Shown in pieces: positions 46,979-57,066 of a DNA stretch of 64,000 nt. The translations under genes and the position numbers were made by a program. How positions within the stretch are numbered: position 1 is the first letter of the stretch; every line of letters begins with the position of its first letter. This stretch comes from Candidatus Limnocylindrales bacterium (GTDB lineage: Bacteria; Moduliflexota; Moduliflexia; Moduliflexales; JAUQPW01). A model generated the notes under the pieces. It saw nothing but the letters and a program-made list of their open reading frames with translations, was not told where the DNA came from and searched no databases. The stretch is taken from contig DATMBG010000026.1 in the NCBI GenBank assembly GCA_035559535.1, positions 1-64,000 on the forward strand. Reading direction: 5' to 3'.

Positions 46979-46993
46979 TGGCATCAGATTTGT
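46979..46993 (+). promoter_or_regulatory. Sigma54-like promoter (-12 GT variant)
   Basis: TGGCATCAGATTTGT upstream of the RND operon. Confidence 0.6.
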
Positions 46994-47144
46994 AGGCTAA
47001 ATGGGTGCAAAAGAGCATTAAGGGACCTCTCCTTAACAGAGCTTCGCTCTGAATCTAACAAGTTGTGGATAGCTCTTTCAAAGAAGAAGGCTGTCCATAA
47101 CTTAATTTTTTAGAAATCCTTATAGAGGTTATTTTAGCATTTTT

Positions 47145-48398
47145 ATGACCTTAAGATTTTTAAGCTTCTTTTTGATGTTATATTTGTTGGGGTGTTCGGC
47201 TTCGGACGCTCAGAAAAAGGAGGAAGAGGTTGCTCCTGAGGTTACTGTTAAGGTTACCCGGGTAGAACGTCGGAAGGTGGTAGAGTTTGTCTCAGGTGTA
47301 GGTTCTATTTATCCTCTTGAACAGACTACCGTCAGCTCCATGCTTTCAGCGTCTGTCAAAGAGCTTAAAGTTCAGAAGGGAAGCGAGGTTCAGAAGGGAG
47401 ACCTTATAGCTGTTCTTGAAAACCAGAACCTGGAGTTGGCTAAGTTAAGGGCGGAGGCTGATTTAAAGTCGACCCAGGCAAGCTTTCAGAAGGTAAAGGC
47501 TGGATCTCGACCCGAGGAGATTAAACAGGCGGAAGCCAGTGTAAACTCTGCCCGGGCCTCTTTAAATAATGCTCAAGCAGAATTAGACCGAAAAACACAA
47601 CTTTTCCAACGAGAGGCGATATCTCGAAAAGACTACGAGCAGGCCAGAGTAGATCTGGAAACTGCTCGTAGTAATTATCAAACGGCTGTACAAAACTTAC
47701 AACTCCTTAAAAAGGGTTCTCGAAAGGAGGACCTTGAAGCAGCCTGGGACTTAGTACTTCAGAAAAAGAGTGAGTTAGAATTGGCTCAAATCGATCTGGA
47801 TCGTTCCCTCATTCGAAGTCCTTTAACAGGAGTTGTGACCGAGCAGTTTGTATACCCGGGAGAGGTTGTAGACATCAAAGCACCCATAGTAACCATCATG
47901 AAATTAGATGAAGTTATCGTACGGGCTCACTTTACTCCAGAAGACGCCTCTCAGGTGAAGGCGGGTTCAGAGGCTCAAGTGATGGTAAAAGTTTACCCGG
48001 ACAAGGTATTTGAAGGTCGGGTTATTCAGATCGGATCGGTCCTCGATCCAACCAATGGTACTGTTGAGATATGGGTACAGGTTCCCAATCGGGAGAAGGA
48101 GTTAAAAATTGGGGATTATGCAACCGTCAAGGTTATTACACGGGTTTATCCAGACAGTTTAGTGATTCCCAGGCAAGCAGCTCTTTTAGACGAACAAACC
48201 TCCCGAGCCATGGTCATGGTCGTAGACAAAGACGCGATAGCCCGGAGTCGGGAGGTAGTTCGGGGAGTAATAAACGATGGTTTTGTTCAGATTCTAAAGG
48301 GGTTAGAAGAAGGAGAAATCGTGATTACGGAAGGGGTTTACGGTCTTCCGGATGGTACGAAGGTAAAGCCTGAGCATCTGGTACAAGGGGAGCCATGA
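47145..48398 (+). CDS. RND efflux periplasmic adaptor (MFP), lipoprotein
   Basis: Lipobox LLGC, long alpha-hairpin, IRSPLTGVV, lipoyl and beta-barrel motifs. Confidence 0.92.
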   Translation: MTLRFLSFFLMLYLLGCSASDAQKKEEEVAPEVTVKVTRVERRKVVEFVSGVGSIYPLEQTTVSSMLSASVKELKVQKGSEVQKGDLIAVLENQNLELAKLRAEADLKSTQASFQKVKAGSRPEEIKQAEASVNSARASLNNAQAELDRKTQLFQREAISRKDYEQARVDLETARSNYQTAVQNLQLLKKGSRKEDLEAAWDLVLQKKSELELAQIDLDRSLIRSPLTGVVTEQFVYPGEVVDIKAPIVTIMKLDEVIVRAHFTPEDASQVKAGSEAQVMVKVYPDKVFEGRVIQIGSVLDPTNGTVEIWVQVPNREKELKIGDYATVKVITRVYPDSLVIPRQAALLDEQTSRAMVMVVDKDAIARSREVVRGVINDGFVQILKGLEEGEIVITEGVYGLPDGTKVKPEHLVQGEP

Positions 48399-51300
48399 GC
48401 CGATTCTTTTCATGGATACTTCAACATGGAAAAGCTATTCTTTTTACGACCCTGATCCTAAGTTTAGGGGGAATTTATCTAGCCTTTCGTCTTCCAATAG
48501 CCATTTTCCCAAATATCAGTATCCCCCGAATTGTCGTTATTGCTGAAAATGAGGTAGAACCTGCCGAAAAGATGTTGGTGACGGTTACAAAACCTATTGA
48601 AGAGGGAGTCGGTGTTGTCCCCGGAATCCGTACGATTAAATCGACTACCAGCCGGGGCTCTGCGGAAATCAATCTCAACTTCGATTGGGGAATAGATATG
48701 GTTCAAGCCCTTCAGTTGATCCAATCCCGGCTTTCAGAAATCAGTTCGACATTTCCTCCTCCAACCAGTATTACAGCCCGACGCTTATTTCCTACCATTT
48801 TCCCCATCATGGGGTTCAGTTTGACTTCTAAAACCCAGAGCCTGGCAGATCTTACCGATCTAGCAACTTATAGTTTGCGTCCTCAACTGGGGCGAGTCCA
48901 GGGGGTTTCGGAGGCGGTGGTGGTAGGGGGTAAAGTTCGGGAATATCATATCATAGTCGATCCTGTTAAGCTGGCGGCTTTTAAAATGACCTTGGACCAG
49001 GTCGTGAACACCTTAAAGGCTACAAACTGGATTTCTTCAGGTGGGTTGTTAGAGGAAAACTATCAACTCTATCTTGTACTTGTGAGTGGGCAGGTAAACG
49101 ACTCAGAGGGGATTAAAAACCTCATTTTGAAAGTAGACAATAAAGTACCCATTCGTCTTCGTGATCTGGCTACGGTAGAACCTGCAGTACGACCAGAAAA
49201 TGTGATTGTCACAGCAAATGGAACCCAGGCCGTTCTTATCAATATCTATAGCCAGCCAGGAGGTAATACGGTCCGTATTGCAGATGAAGTCAAGAATACC
49301 CTGGAACCCCTCCGGAGGCAAATTCCACCTGACGTCGTTATCTCTACTTTTTATGATCAATCCCTCCTGGTTCGAGAGTCCATTAAAAACGTTCGAGATA
49401 GTATCCTCTTGGGGCTTTGCTTGTCTACCCTGATTCTTGTATTATTTTTAAAAACCTGGAGGAGCACGGTCGTAGCCATTCTGGTTATTCCATCAACGGT
49501 TCTCATAACCTTTGTACTCATGTATGTATGGAATATGAGTTTTAATTTAATGACTCTAGGGGGTATTGCCGCCGCTGTCGGATTGATCATTGATGATGCC
49601 ATCGTGGTGGTTGAAAATATTGTGAAACACTTGGATGATGGGGAGACACGTTTGATAGCTATAAGAAACGCCATAATCGAGATTACCCCGGCGGTTATCA
49701 GCTCTACCTTGACACCCATTGTCGTGTTTATTCCCCTGGCTTTTCTTCAAGGTCTTACTGGAGCCTTCTTCAAACCCTTTTCTATGACAATGGTTCTGGC
49801 GCTCCTCACCTCCTTGGTGTTGGCTTTAACCCTCACACCGACCCTGGCTGCCCTATTTTTATCCGAAAAGTCAATAAAAAAGACCCTGGATAACAGCTGG
49901 ATTCGCCGTAGTGCAATTTATAGCAGGTCGATAACAGCGATAAACCGTTTGACTACGAGTCTTTTTTCATGGAAAAAGCGAGAATGGATTCAAACCATTC
50001 CTTTGTCGGGTTCTATGAGTTATAAAGAACACAGGCCTCGACGGGGTGATGACAGGAATAGTTCTTACCAGACGGTCGGTGATGGAAGCAAAGGAGGAGA
50101 CGGATCCTTCAGCACGCCTAGTACAGATTCTGGGTCTATGGACGGAACCGGCTTTTATGATCGCCCGGTTAAGATTGACTATGATCAGGGCGACAACGAA
50201 GATTCTCCTTACATGGAGGAGGATCCTGGGCATTACCTTGATGTTTCTCAACGAAGCTGTGAAGAAGGTGGACGTTTATTTCAAAGTATTCTGATCGGAT
50301 ATGAACGGGCGATTCGCTGGATTCTTCCTCGACCCTGGATCGTTCTCGTCATTATCCTGATTCTGGTCGGAGGTTCTTATCTTGTATACGGAACCATAGA
50401 GTCTGGATTTATGCCAGAAATGGATGAGGGAGCTTTTGTTCTGGATTATGTCACTCCACCTGGGACTTCCCTGGAAGAATCGAATCGTATGTTGAAGCAT
50501 TTAGAAGCACTTATCCAGGCCATTCCAGAGATAGAAAGCTACTCTCGGCGTACTGGAACCCAGTTGGGTCTGGCGATTACAGAGCCTAATACCGGAGATT
50601 TTCTGATTAAACTCAAAGATCGGAGAACCCGGAGAATTGAAGAAATCATGGATGATCTAAGGCGACAGATTGAATCGTCAGAACCTGCTATTCGGGTTGA
50701 GTTTATTCAGATCCTCCAGGATCTTATTGGAGATCTGACCCATTCTCCTTCTCCCATTGAGGTAAAGATTTTCTCCGATGATAACACTGTTCGACAGGAG
50801 AAGGCTAGGGAGATCGCCCAGGTACTTGAGTCAATCCCTGGAGTTGTAGATGTATTTGATGGAGTTGTGGTGAGCGGTTCTGTTATCTCAATAGATATTG
50901 ATAAGGAGAGGGCCATTCGAAACGGCCTGAGCGTAGAGGAAATCGCCACGAACCTCAATACCATTCTGACAGGAACCCTTGCTTCCAACCTCATCAAAGG
51001 GGATCAGGAGATCGGACTCCGGGTAATGTTCCCTATGGAGTATCGCAAGAACCTGGATCTGCTTAAAGAACTCACCTTAATTAATTCACAAGGGATTTCT
51101 GTTCCTTTAAGAGAGTTGGCTGACATCCGGGTCGAAAAGGGCCATACTGAGCTTAATCGGGATAATCTACGCCAGGTTACAACAGTTACGGCCCGATTAA
51201 GTGGAAGGGATTTAGGTAGTACTATCCGAGAGCTTCAAAGCCAATTACACCGCAAGGTTCAACTTCCTAAGGGTGTAACGCTGGAATATGGAGGTTTATA

Positions 51301-51811
51301 TCGTAGTCAGCAGGAAGCATTCAAAGATTTATTAACCGTACTACTGACTGCATTTCTCCTGGTTTTTATCGTTCTTCTCTTCGAATTTAGCACTTTTATT
51401 CCTCCGCTTTCCATTATCCTGACCACACTCCTTTCTATCTCAGGGTCTTTAGGAGCCCTCTGGTTCACTCATACTCCGTTTAACGTGTCTTCTTTCATGG
51501 GAACCATCATGGTGGTAGGGATTGTAGCTAAAAACGGGATCCTCCTGTTAGATTCCGCAAAACGTTATGAAGCCTCTCATTCCGATATCCTTGAGTCTCT
51601 GATTCTAGCAGGACGTCGCCGGATACGACCTATTATGATGACAACCCTGGCAGCTATGCTAGGGTTGCTTCCCCTGGCTTTGGGGATTGGAGCTGGGGCT
51701 GAAATGCAGCAACCGTTAGCCATTGCTGTCATGGGTGGACTTTGCCTTTCTATGGGTTTGTCCTTGATTATAGCTCCGGCTTTCTATGTACTGCTATCGA
51801 ACATCTTCTGA
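48395..51811 (+). CDS. RND efflux permease (AcrB/CusA superfamily) with long cytoplasmic insertion
   Basis: GLIIDDAIVVVEN, GIVAKNGILL, RRIRPIMMT; ATGA overlap with the MFP. Confidence 0.93.
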   Translation: MSRFFSWILQHGKAILFTTLILSLGGIYLAFRLPIAIFPNISIPRIVVIAENEVEPAEKMLVTVTKPIEEGVGVVPGIRTIKSTTSRGSAEINLNFDWGIDMVQALQLIQSRLSEISSTFPPPTSITARRLFPTIFPIMGFSLTSKTQSLADLTDLATYSLRPQLGRVQGVSEAVVVGGKVREYHIIVDPVKLAAFKMTLDQVVNTLKATNWISSGGLLEENYQLYLVLVSGQVNDSEGIKNLILKVDNKVPIRLRDLATVEPAVRPENVIVTANGTQAVLINIYSQPGGNTVRIADEVKNTLEPLRRQIPPDVVISTFYDQSLLVRESIKNVRDSILLGLCLSTLILVLFLKTWRSTVVAILVIPSTVLITFVLMYVWNMSFNLMTLGGIAAAVGLIIDDAIVVVENIVKHLDDGETRLIAIRNAIIEITPAVISSTLTPIVVFIPLAFLQGLTGAFFKPFSMTMVLALLTSLVLALTLTPTLAALFLSEKSIKKTLDNSWIRRSAIYSRSITAINRLTTSLFSWKKREWIQTIPLSGSMSYKEHRPRRGDDRNSSYQTVGDGSKGGDGSFSTPSTDSGSMDGTGFYDRPVKIDYDQGDNEDSPYMEEDPGHYLDVSQRSCEEGGRLFQSILIGYERAIRWILPRPWIVLVIILILVGGSYLVYGTIESGFMPEMDEGAFVLDYVTPPGTSLEESNRMLKHLEALIQAIPEIESYSRRTGTQLGLAITEPNTGDFLIKLKDRRTRRIEEIMDDLRRQIESSEPAIRVEFIQILQDLIGDLTHSPSPIEVKIFSDDNTVRQEKAREIAQVLESIPGVVDVFDGVVVSGSVISIDIDKERAIRNGLSVEEIATNLNTILTGTLASNLIKGDQEIGLRVMFPMEYRKNLDLLKELTLINSQGISVPLRELADIRVEKGHTELNRDNLRQVTTVTARLSGRDLGSTIRELQSQLHRKVQLPKGVTLEYGGLYRSQQEAFKDLLTVLLTAFLLVFIVLLFEFSTFIPPLSIILTTLLSISGSLGALWFTHTPFNVSSFMGTIMVVGIVAKNGILLLDSAKRYEASHSDILESLILAGRRRIRPIMMTTLAAMLGLLPLALGIGAGAEMQQPLAIAVMGGLCLSMGLSLIIAPAFYVLLSNIF

Positions 51812-51868
51812 TCTACCGGGGACTACGATGATTTTTACTTCGTAGTTTTTGGGGATTTATGAATTCTG

Positions 51869-53131
51869 TTGAAGGAACTGATAGGATTTCTATTTATTCT
51901 GGCTCTTGAAGTAGGGGGTGTGATACCCGGGTTTGCCCAAACCCCTAAATCCCAGGCCCCCATTCATCAAATCACACTAGATGAAGCGGTAGGGTTGCTC
52001 CTGGAAAACAATCCCAATCTTATGAGTGGGAAACTTAGGATTCAGATAGCTCAAACCAAGGAAATTACCGCTGGGCTGCGACCGAACCCGGTCTTCAGTA
52101 ATACAAATGATGTTCTTTCGCCTGTCAAAGAGTATACCGCTGTTATCAGCCAACTTCTGGAAAGAGGAGGTAAGCGTCAATTACGGATTCAAAGTGCCCG
52201 GCTAGAAACTCAGATAGCAGAAGCCGATTTTGCCGATCGTGTGCGTTTACTCACCTTTGAGGTAAAAAAGGCCTTTATCCAACTTTTACTGGCGAAGTTA
52301 AATCGGGAATTAGCCCAAAAGAACTTGATGGCCTTCCAGGAAATTATCAGGCTCAATATGTTACGGTTTCAAAAAGGAGATATCTCGGGAAGCGATCTTA
52401 AGAAGATAACCCTGGAACAATTAAAATTTCAGAATGATTTGAATGTTGCCACCTTACAGTTAACTCAGGCCCGGGTAGCCTTATGGAATCTTCTCTATAC
52501 CCCCAGGCTTAGCAAAGATTTTGAGGTAAAAGGGGATCTTAAATTTAAAAATGTTCAACTAGCCCTGAACGACTTAATCGATGCAGCTTTTCACCATCGA
52601 CCCGATTGGATTTCAGCTCTCAAAGCCACTGAAAAAGCTGAAACCGATGCCCGGCTGGCAGTAGCCAATGGTAAAGTAGATATCACGGCTGAGATAGATT
52701 ATAAACGAACAGGCCCTGATAATACGGGCATCTTCGGATTTAGTGTTCCTCTCCCTCTGTTTAACCGAAATCAGGGAGAGATCCAAGGTTCCAGGTTGGA
52801 GGTTCAGCGAAGTAAGATCACTTTAGAAGCTTTAAAATCACAAATCATGAGTGAGGTTGAAAACGCCTTCGAATCTTTTAAAAGTACCCGTGAAACTGTA
52901 CTTCTTTATGAGGTTGGAACGTCTGGTACAGAAGGATATCTGAAACAGGCCGAAAGTTTAAGAGAGATAGCCCAATTTGCCTATAGTCAAGGAGAGACTT
53001 CGCTGTTGGATCTCCTGGATGCTGAACGAACCTATCGAGATACCCAGTTAAATTATCATCAAGCGTTAGCTGATTACCTGATCAGTCTTTATCAGATTAA
53101 TCTCTCAGTTGGTAAAGAGGTTGTTCAGTAA
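51869..53131 (+). CDS. TolC/CzcC-family outer-membrane efflux protein
   Basis: ITLDEAV..NP, LRPNP, VPLPLFNRNQG, GETSLLDLLDA. Confidence 0.92.
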   Translation: MKELIGFLFILALEVGGVIPGFAQTPKSQAPIHQITLDEAVGLLLENNPNLMSGKLRIQIAQTKEITAGLRPNPVFSNTNDVLSPVKEYTAVISQLLERGGKRQLRIQSARLETQIAEADFADRVRLLTFEVKKAFIQLLLAKLNRELAQKNLMAFQEIIRLNMLRFQKGDISGSDLKKITLEQLKFQNDLNVATLQLTQARVALWNLLYTPRLSKDFEVKGDLKFKNVQLALNDLIDAAFHHRPDWISALKATEKAETDARLAVANGKVDITAEIDYKRTGPDNTGIFGFSVPLPLFNRNQGEIQGSRLEVQRSKITLEALKSQIMSEVENAFESFKSTRETVLLYEVGTSGTEGYLKQAESLREIAQFAYSQGETSLLDLLDAERTYRDTQLNYHQALADYLISLYQINLSVGKEVVQ

Positions 53132-53171
53132 AGTCTTGAACTCTGGCCAATGGGAGATAAGATTATTCTCC

Positions 53172-54869
53172 ATGATGAAAAAGCGACGTGTCTTGGTCTG
53201 GATAGTTGCGGGGGTTACTTTTGGAAGTGGATTGGTAAATCTCTTTTCTCTCATACGTCCAGGCCTATCCCTGCGTGCTGGCTGGTTCGTAGAGATTTTT
53301 CCACTGGAATTTCTCCATCTTTCTGCCTTTCTGACCTTGTTGATTGGCTTTGCCCTTGTTATCTCTTCTATTAACATTTATAAACGAAAGAAAAGGGCCT
53401 TTCAAAGCGTGTTTTTGTTAGCGTGCCTGTCCATCATCTTCCATTTAACCCAAGGACTTGATTATGAAGATGTGCTATCCTCCATGGTTTTGCTGATTTT
53501 GCTGGTTCTAGTCCGAAAAAGTTTTACTGTAAAAAGTAGTATTCCAGACTTGCGTTTAGAATTGATCCGTTTAGGAATAGCTGTTACCGTGGCGATTAGC
53601 TATGGGATGGCCGGGTTTTGGTTTCTTGATGAGAAAGAGTTTCATATCAACTTTACCCTCCGCAATTCCATCTACGAAACCTTCCTATTCCTCTCTCTGG
53701 TTGGGGATCCACAAGTTGTACCCCACACACGCTACGCTCACTGGTTCGTGAATTCTCTTTATATGATGACTATGACTACCGTGGGTTATTGTATTTTCGT
53801 ACTATTTCGACCGGTCCTTTATCAATTTAGAACTCATCCCCAGGAGCGTGCCATGGCAACAGAGATCGTACTCAAATGGGGCCGTTCGGCACTGGATTAT
53901 TTTAAACTTTGGCCGGATAAATCTTACTTTTTTTCACCTTCTCAAAGGTGTTTTCTTGCTTACCGCGTTGGAGGAAATTTCGCCGTGGTATTGGGAGATC
54001 CTGTAGGGCCTGAAGAGGAAATAGAAGATACAATTCGTACCTTTATGGAATTTTGCCAGGAGAATGATTGGGGACTTGGATTCCACCAAACCTTACCCGA
54101 TTTTCTCCCTATCTATCAAAAATTAGGTTTTAAAAAACTGAAAATTGGGGATAGTGCTATCGTAGATCTAAAACGGTTCAGCCTTCAGGGAAAAGCTATG
54201 AAGAAAATTCGGCATTATACCAATCAACTGGAAAAGTCTGGAATTCAAGCTCTTTACTACAAACCCCCCATTCCTGAGGAAATTCTTTTACAAGTAAAGG
54301 AGGTCTCTGATGAATGGTTGCAGGTTCCGGGACGTCGGGAGCGCGGATTTACGTTGGGGAGGTTCGAACCGAACTATATTCGATCTACTCCCCTGTTTGT
54401 AGCCATCGACCAAAACGGTCAGATTCTGGCGTTTGCAAATATAGTTCCTTCCTATTGCAAGGGAGAAGCGACTATTGACCTTATGAGACATCGTAGGGGA
54501 GTTCCCAATGGAATCATGGACTATCTCTTTGTAAAGCTTTTTTTATACAATCAAGAAAAAGGATACCAACGTTTTGACTTAGGGATGGCTCCTATGTCTG
54601 GATTTCAAGAAAATGAACAAGCTTCAAGGGAAGAGAAAGCCATTCACTATTTTTTTCAGCACCTGAACTTCCTCTTCAGCTATATTGGGTTACGGCAATA
54701 TAAAGCAAAATTCGTGAGTTTTTGGGAGCCGCGCTATGTGGTTTATCGAAATCCTTTCGATTTACCGCGGTTAGCTATTGCTTTGAGCAAAGTCTCTGAG
54801 TTGAAGAGAGGGTATTTCACGAGTTCTGGCTTTACGTTTTCTTTGAATCCACTCGCCAGAGGTCTCTAG
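53172..54869 (+). CDS. Phosphatidylglycerol aminoacyl(lysyl)transferase domain protein (MprF/LpiA C-terminal type)
   Basis: TM segment then DKSYFF, LGDPVG, KIGDSA, RERGFTLG, IDLMRH, GMAPMSG, GLRQYKAKF..WEPRY. Confidence 0.9.
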   Translation: MMKKRRVLVWIVAGVTFGSGLVNLFSLIRPGLSLRAGWFVEIFPLEFLHLSAFLTLLIGFALVISSINIYKRKKRAFQSVFLLACLSIIFHLTQGLDYEDVLSSMVLLILLVLVRKSFTVKSSIPDLRLELIRLGIAVTVAISYGMAGFWFLDEKEFHINFTLRNSIYETFLFLSLVGDPQVVPHTRYAHWFVNSLYMMTMTTVGYCIFVLFRPVLYQFRTHPQERAMATEIVLKWGRSALDYFKLWPDKSYFFSPSQRCFLAYRVGGNFAVVLGDPVGPEEEIEDTIRTFMEFCQENDWGLGFHQTLPDFLPIYQKLGFKKLKIGDSAIVDLKRFSLQGKAMKKIRHYTNQLEKSGIQALYYKPPIPEEILLQVKEVSDEWLQVPGRRERGFTLGRFEPNYIRSTPLFVAIDQNGQILAFANIVPSYCKGEATIDLMRHRRGVPNGIMDYLFVKLFLYNQEKGYQRFDLGMAPMSGFQENEQASREEKAIHYFFQHLNFLFSYIGLRQYKAKFVSFWEPRYVVYRNPFDLPRLAIALSKVSELKRGYFTSSGFTFSLNPLARGL

Positions 54870-54889
54870 ATGCCCTTTGCTTTTTCTGT

Positions 54890-55732
54890 ATGATATTTAT
54901 TCATAGTGAAAATAATTATGAAAGTAGATCAATTCTACAGAGGTGTCTTTACCGGTCATACCTTTGTAGTATTCTGATAGGAGTTTTATTTCCTGCTCTT
55001 CTGTTCGCCCAGACCCCCTTCGCAGGAAAAAATGTGCTCATTCTTCGAGGGCAGCCACAGTATATTTATTTATATCCTGCTCGGGGAGAGCCTAAAAGTT
55101 CAAATTCTAAAATTCTATTTGCCCCTGGAGATGGAGGATGGCGGGGCTATGCCATCGAGCTTGCTCAGGTTATGGCCTCTGGGGGATACGATGTGTATGG
55201 GCTGGATACTAAACATTACCTGAAAAGTTTTACCGGTAAAACAACCTTAAAAGAAACAGACGTTATGTCAGATTTCCGGCAAATTGCAGAATGGATGGTC
55301 CAGGGAGCGAATAAACGGGTTACTCTGGTTGGCTGGTCCGAAGGAGCCGGACTATGTTTGCTGGCAGCGGCTTCGGAAGAAAACAAAAAGATATTCAAGG
55401 GTCTGATTACTATCGGCCTGGCAGAAACCAGTGCCTTAGGCTGGCGATGGGTAGATAACCTTACGTACCTTACCAAAAAAGATCCCAGGGAGCCGCTGTT
55501 TTGGAGTGTTGATTTTTTGCCTCGAGTTGCTCCACTTCCTTTGCTAATGATCCATGCCACTCAAGATGAATGGGTTTCTCCGGAAACAGCCCGGCGGATG
55601 TTTGATACCGGGCAAGAACCGAAGCGGTTTATATTAATTAAAGCTCGAAATCATCGTTTTGATGGCAATAGAGAGGAATTCTTTCGTTTATTGCAGGAAG
55701 GATTGCAATGGGTCAACCCAGCAGGTCATTGA
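54890..55732 (+). CDS. AcvB/VirJ-family alpha/beta hydrolase (putative aminoacyl-PG hydrolase)
   Basis: PGDGGW, GWSEGA nucleophile elbow, NHRFDG; adjacent to an MprF-like gene. Confidence 0.75.
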   Translation: MIFIHSENNYESRSILQRCLYRSYLCSILIGVLFPALLFAQTPFAGKNVLILRGQPQYIYLYPARGEPKSSNSKILFAPGDGGWRGYAIELAQVMASGGYDVYGLDTKHYLKSFTGKTTLKETDVMSDFRQIAEWMVQGANKRVTLVGWSEGAGLCLLAAASEENKKIFKGLITIGLAETSALGWRWVDNLTYLTKKDPREPLFWSVDFLPRVAPLPLLMIHATQDEWVSPETARRMFDTGQEPKRFILIKARNHRFDGNREEFFRLLQEGLQWVNPAGH

Positions 55733-55806
55733 CTGCTATCTTTTACAGGCTCGTCTTTTTATATATAAACATAGATTGGATAGAAGAGATCAAGCCCTCA
55801 TCAAAA

Positions 55807-55834
55807 GTAGGGGCGTACGGCCGTACGCCCGTAC
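55807..55834. repeat. GTAG-type REP-like palindrome
   Basis: GTAGGGGCGTACGGCCGTACGCCCGTAC. Confidence 0.8.
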
Positions 55835-55844
55835 AAGGTATGAA

Positions 55845-57020
55845 ATGGAAAAAAACTTAAGAGGTTTTTTATTCGCTTTGCTTGTAGTTCAGGTTTTGTT
55901 CATTACTCAACAAACCTTTCCCCAGGAAGCTTATAAAAATAGCGTGTTAGAGGAGGTTAATGATCCGGACCTTCGTCAGGGAGTTGGAGAGTATCAGCGC
56001 TATAACTTTCAGCAGGCCCTAGAAAACTTTGAACGGTTCATCCAAAAACACCCGGAAAGTCTTTTAGGCTATTTTTTACAGGCGGAGACCTACTGGTCGA
56101 TATTTATCAATAAGCGGGAGAATACAGAAGCCGAGAAACATTTCATTGAATTGAGCCAGAAGGTTATTAAAATGGGGGAAGCGCGTTTAAAGAGGAACAA
56201 AAATGATACCGACACCCTGCTTATCTTAGCCAGCTTGTATGGCCGTTGGGGATTGCTGGAAGGTTCTTATAACCATCGATGGGAAGCCATAGTGCGATCT
56301 ATGAAGGCCAGGGCCTACTTCGAGAAAGTCGTGGAGATCAACCCGGAAATTTATGATGCCTATCTGGGATTAGGCCTTTATGATTATTTCACGGCTACCT
56401 TCCCGGGCTATATTCGAGTCTTCAGTAAGGTTTTGTTTGGTTTGTATGGGGGTCAGGAAAAAGGCCTCAAGGAATTGCAACTTGCCATGGAAAAGGGAAC
56501 CTATGGTAGGGATTTAGCCAAGTTTTTCCTGGCTTTTTTCTATGTAAGGTACGAAAATAAAGCCCCTCAGGCTTTAAACCTACTTAAGGAGTTAACGGAT
56601 CAATATCCGGAAAATCTCAATTATTTAGGCCTGTTGGCCTATTGCTATAAAGAACTCAAAGATTATGACAATGCCATTCATACCTATAGAAAAATACTGG
56701 AACTGGCTGCTGCAAAAGAAGTTTATGGAGAAGAGTCCTTAAATATTACCACATACTTTTTTGGAGAGAGTTTACGATTGGCCGGAAAATATGAAGAAGC
56801 TAAAAAATATTTCGACGCCATGGTTCATACCGATTCAACGGATAAGTATTGGGTTCTGGCCTATGCACATCTCAGCTTAGGAAAAATCTATGATACTTTC
56901 GGAGAAAGAGACAAGGCTCTGGAGTCATATCGAAATGTTCTCGCGTTGAAAGATTTTGAAGACTCCCATAAGAAAGTTGAGAGATACTTAAAAGCTCCCT
57001 ATAAACCCGGTCAGGATTAG
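55845..57020 (+). CDS. Exported TPR-repeat protein
   Basis: Signal peptide from ATG 55845; multiple TPRs (YDAYLGLGLYDY, AHLSLGKIYD). Confidence 0.85.
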   Translation: MEKNLRGFLFALLVVQVLFITQQTFPQEAYKNSVLEEVNDPDLRQGVGEYQRYNFQQALENFERFIQKHPESLLGYFLQAETYWSIFINKRENTEAEKHFIELSQKVIKMGEARLKRNKNDTDTLLILASLYGRWGLLEGSYNHRWEAIVRSMKARAYFEKVVEINPEIYDAYLGLGLYDYFTATFPGYIRVFSKVLFGLYGGQEKGLKELQLAMEKGTYGRDLAKFFLAFFYVRYENKAPQALNLLKELTDQYPENLNYLGLLAYCYKELKDYDNAIHTYRKILELAAAKEVYGEESLNITTYFFGESLRLAGKYEEAKKYFDAMVHTDSTDKYWVLAYAHLSLGKIYDTFGERDKALESYRNVLALKDFEDSHKKVERYLKAPYKPGQD

Positions 57021-57066
57021 GTGTTTCAGGGATACGCTATCTCATCTCATTTGGATTTAAGGAGGC

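Noticed and set aside
50046-50294. Alternative-frame ORF inside the RND insertion
   Set aside because: No recognisable motif or RBS; the RND frame is uninterrupted
55659-55844. Extended N-terminus of the TPR ORF
   Set aside because: Overlaps the hydrolase gene and runs through a REP; signal peptide starts at 55845
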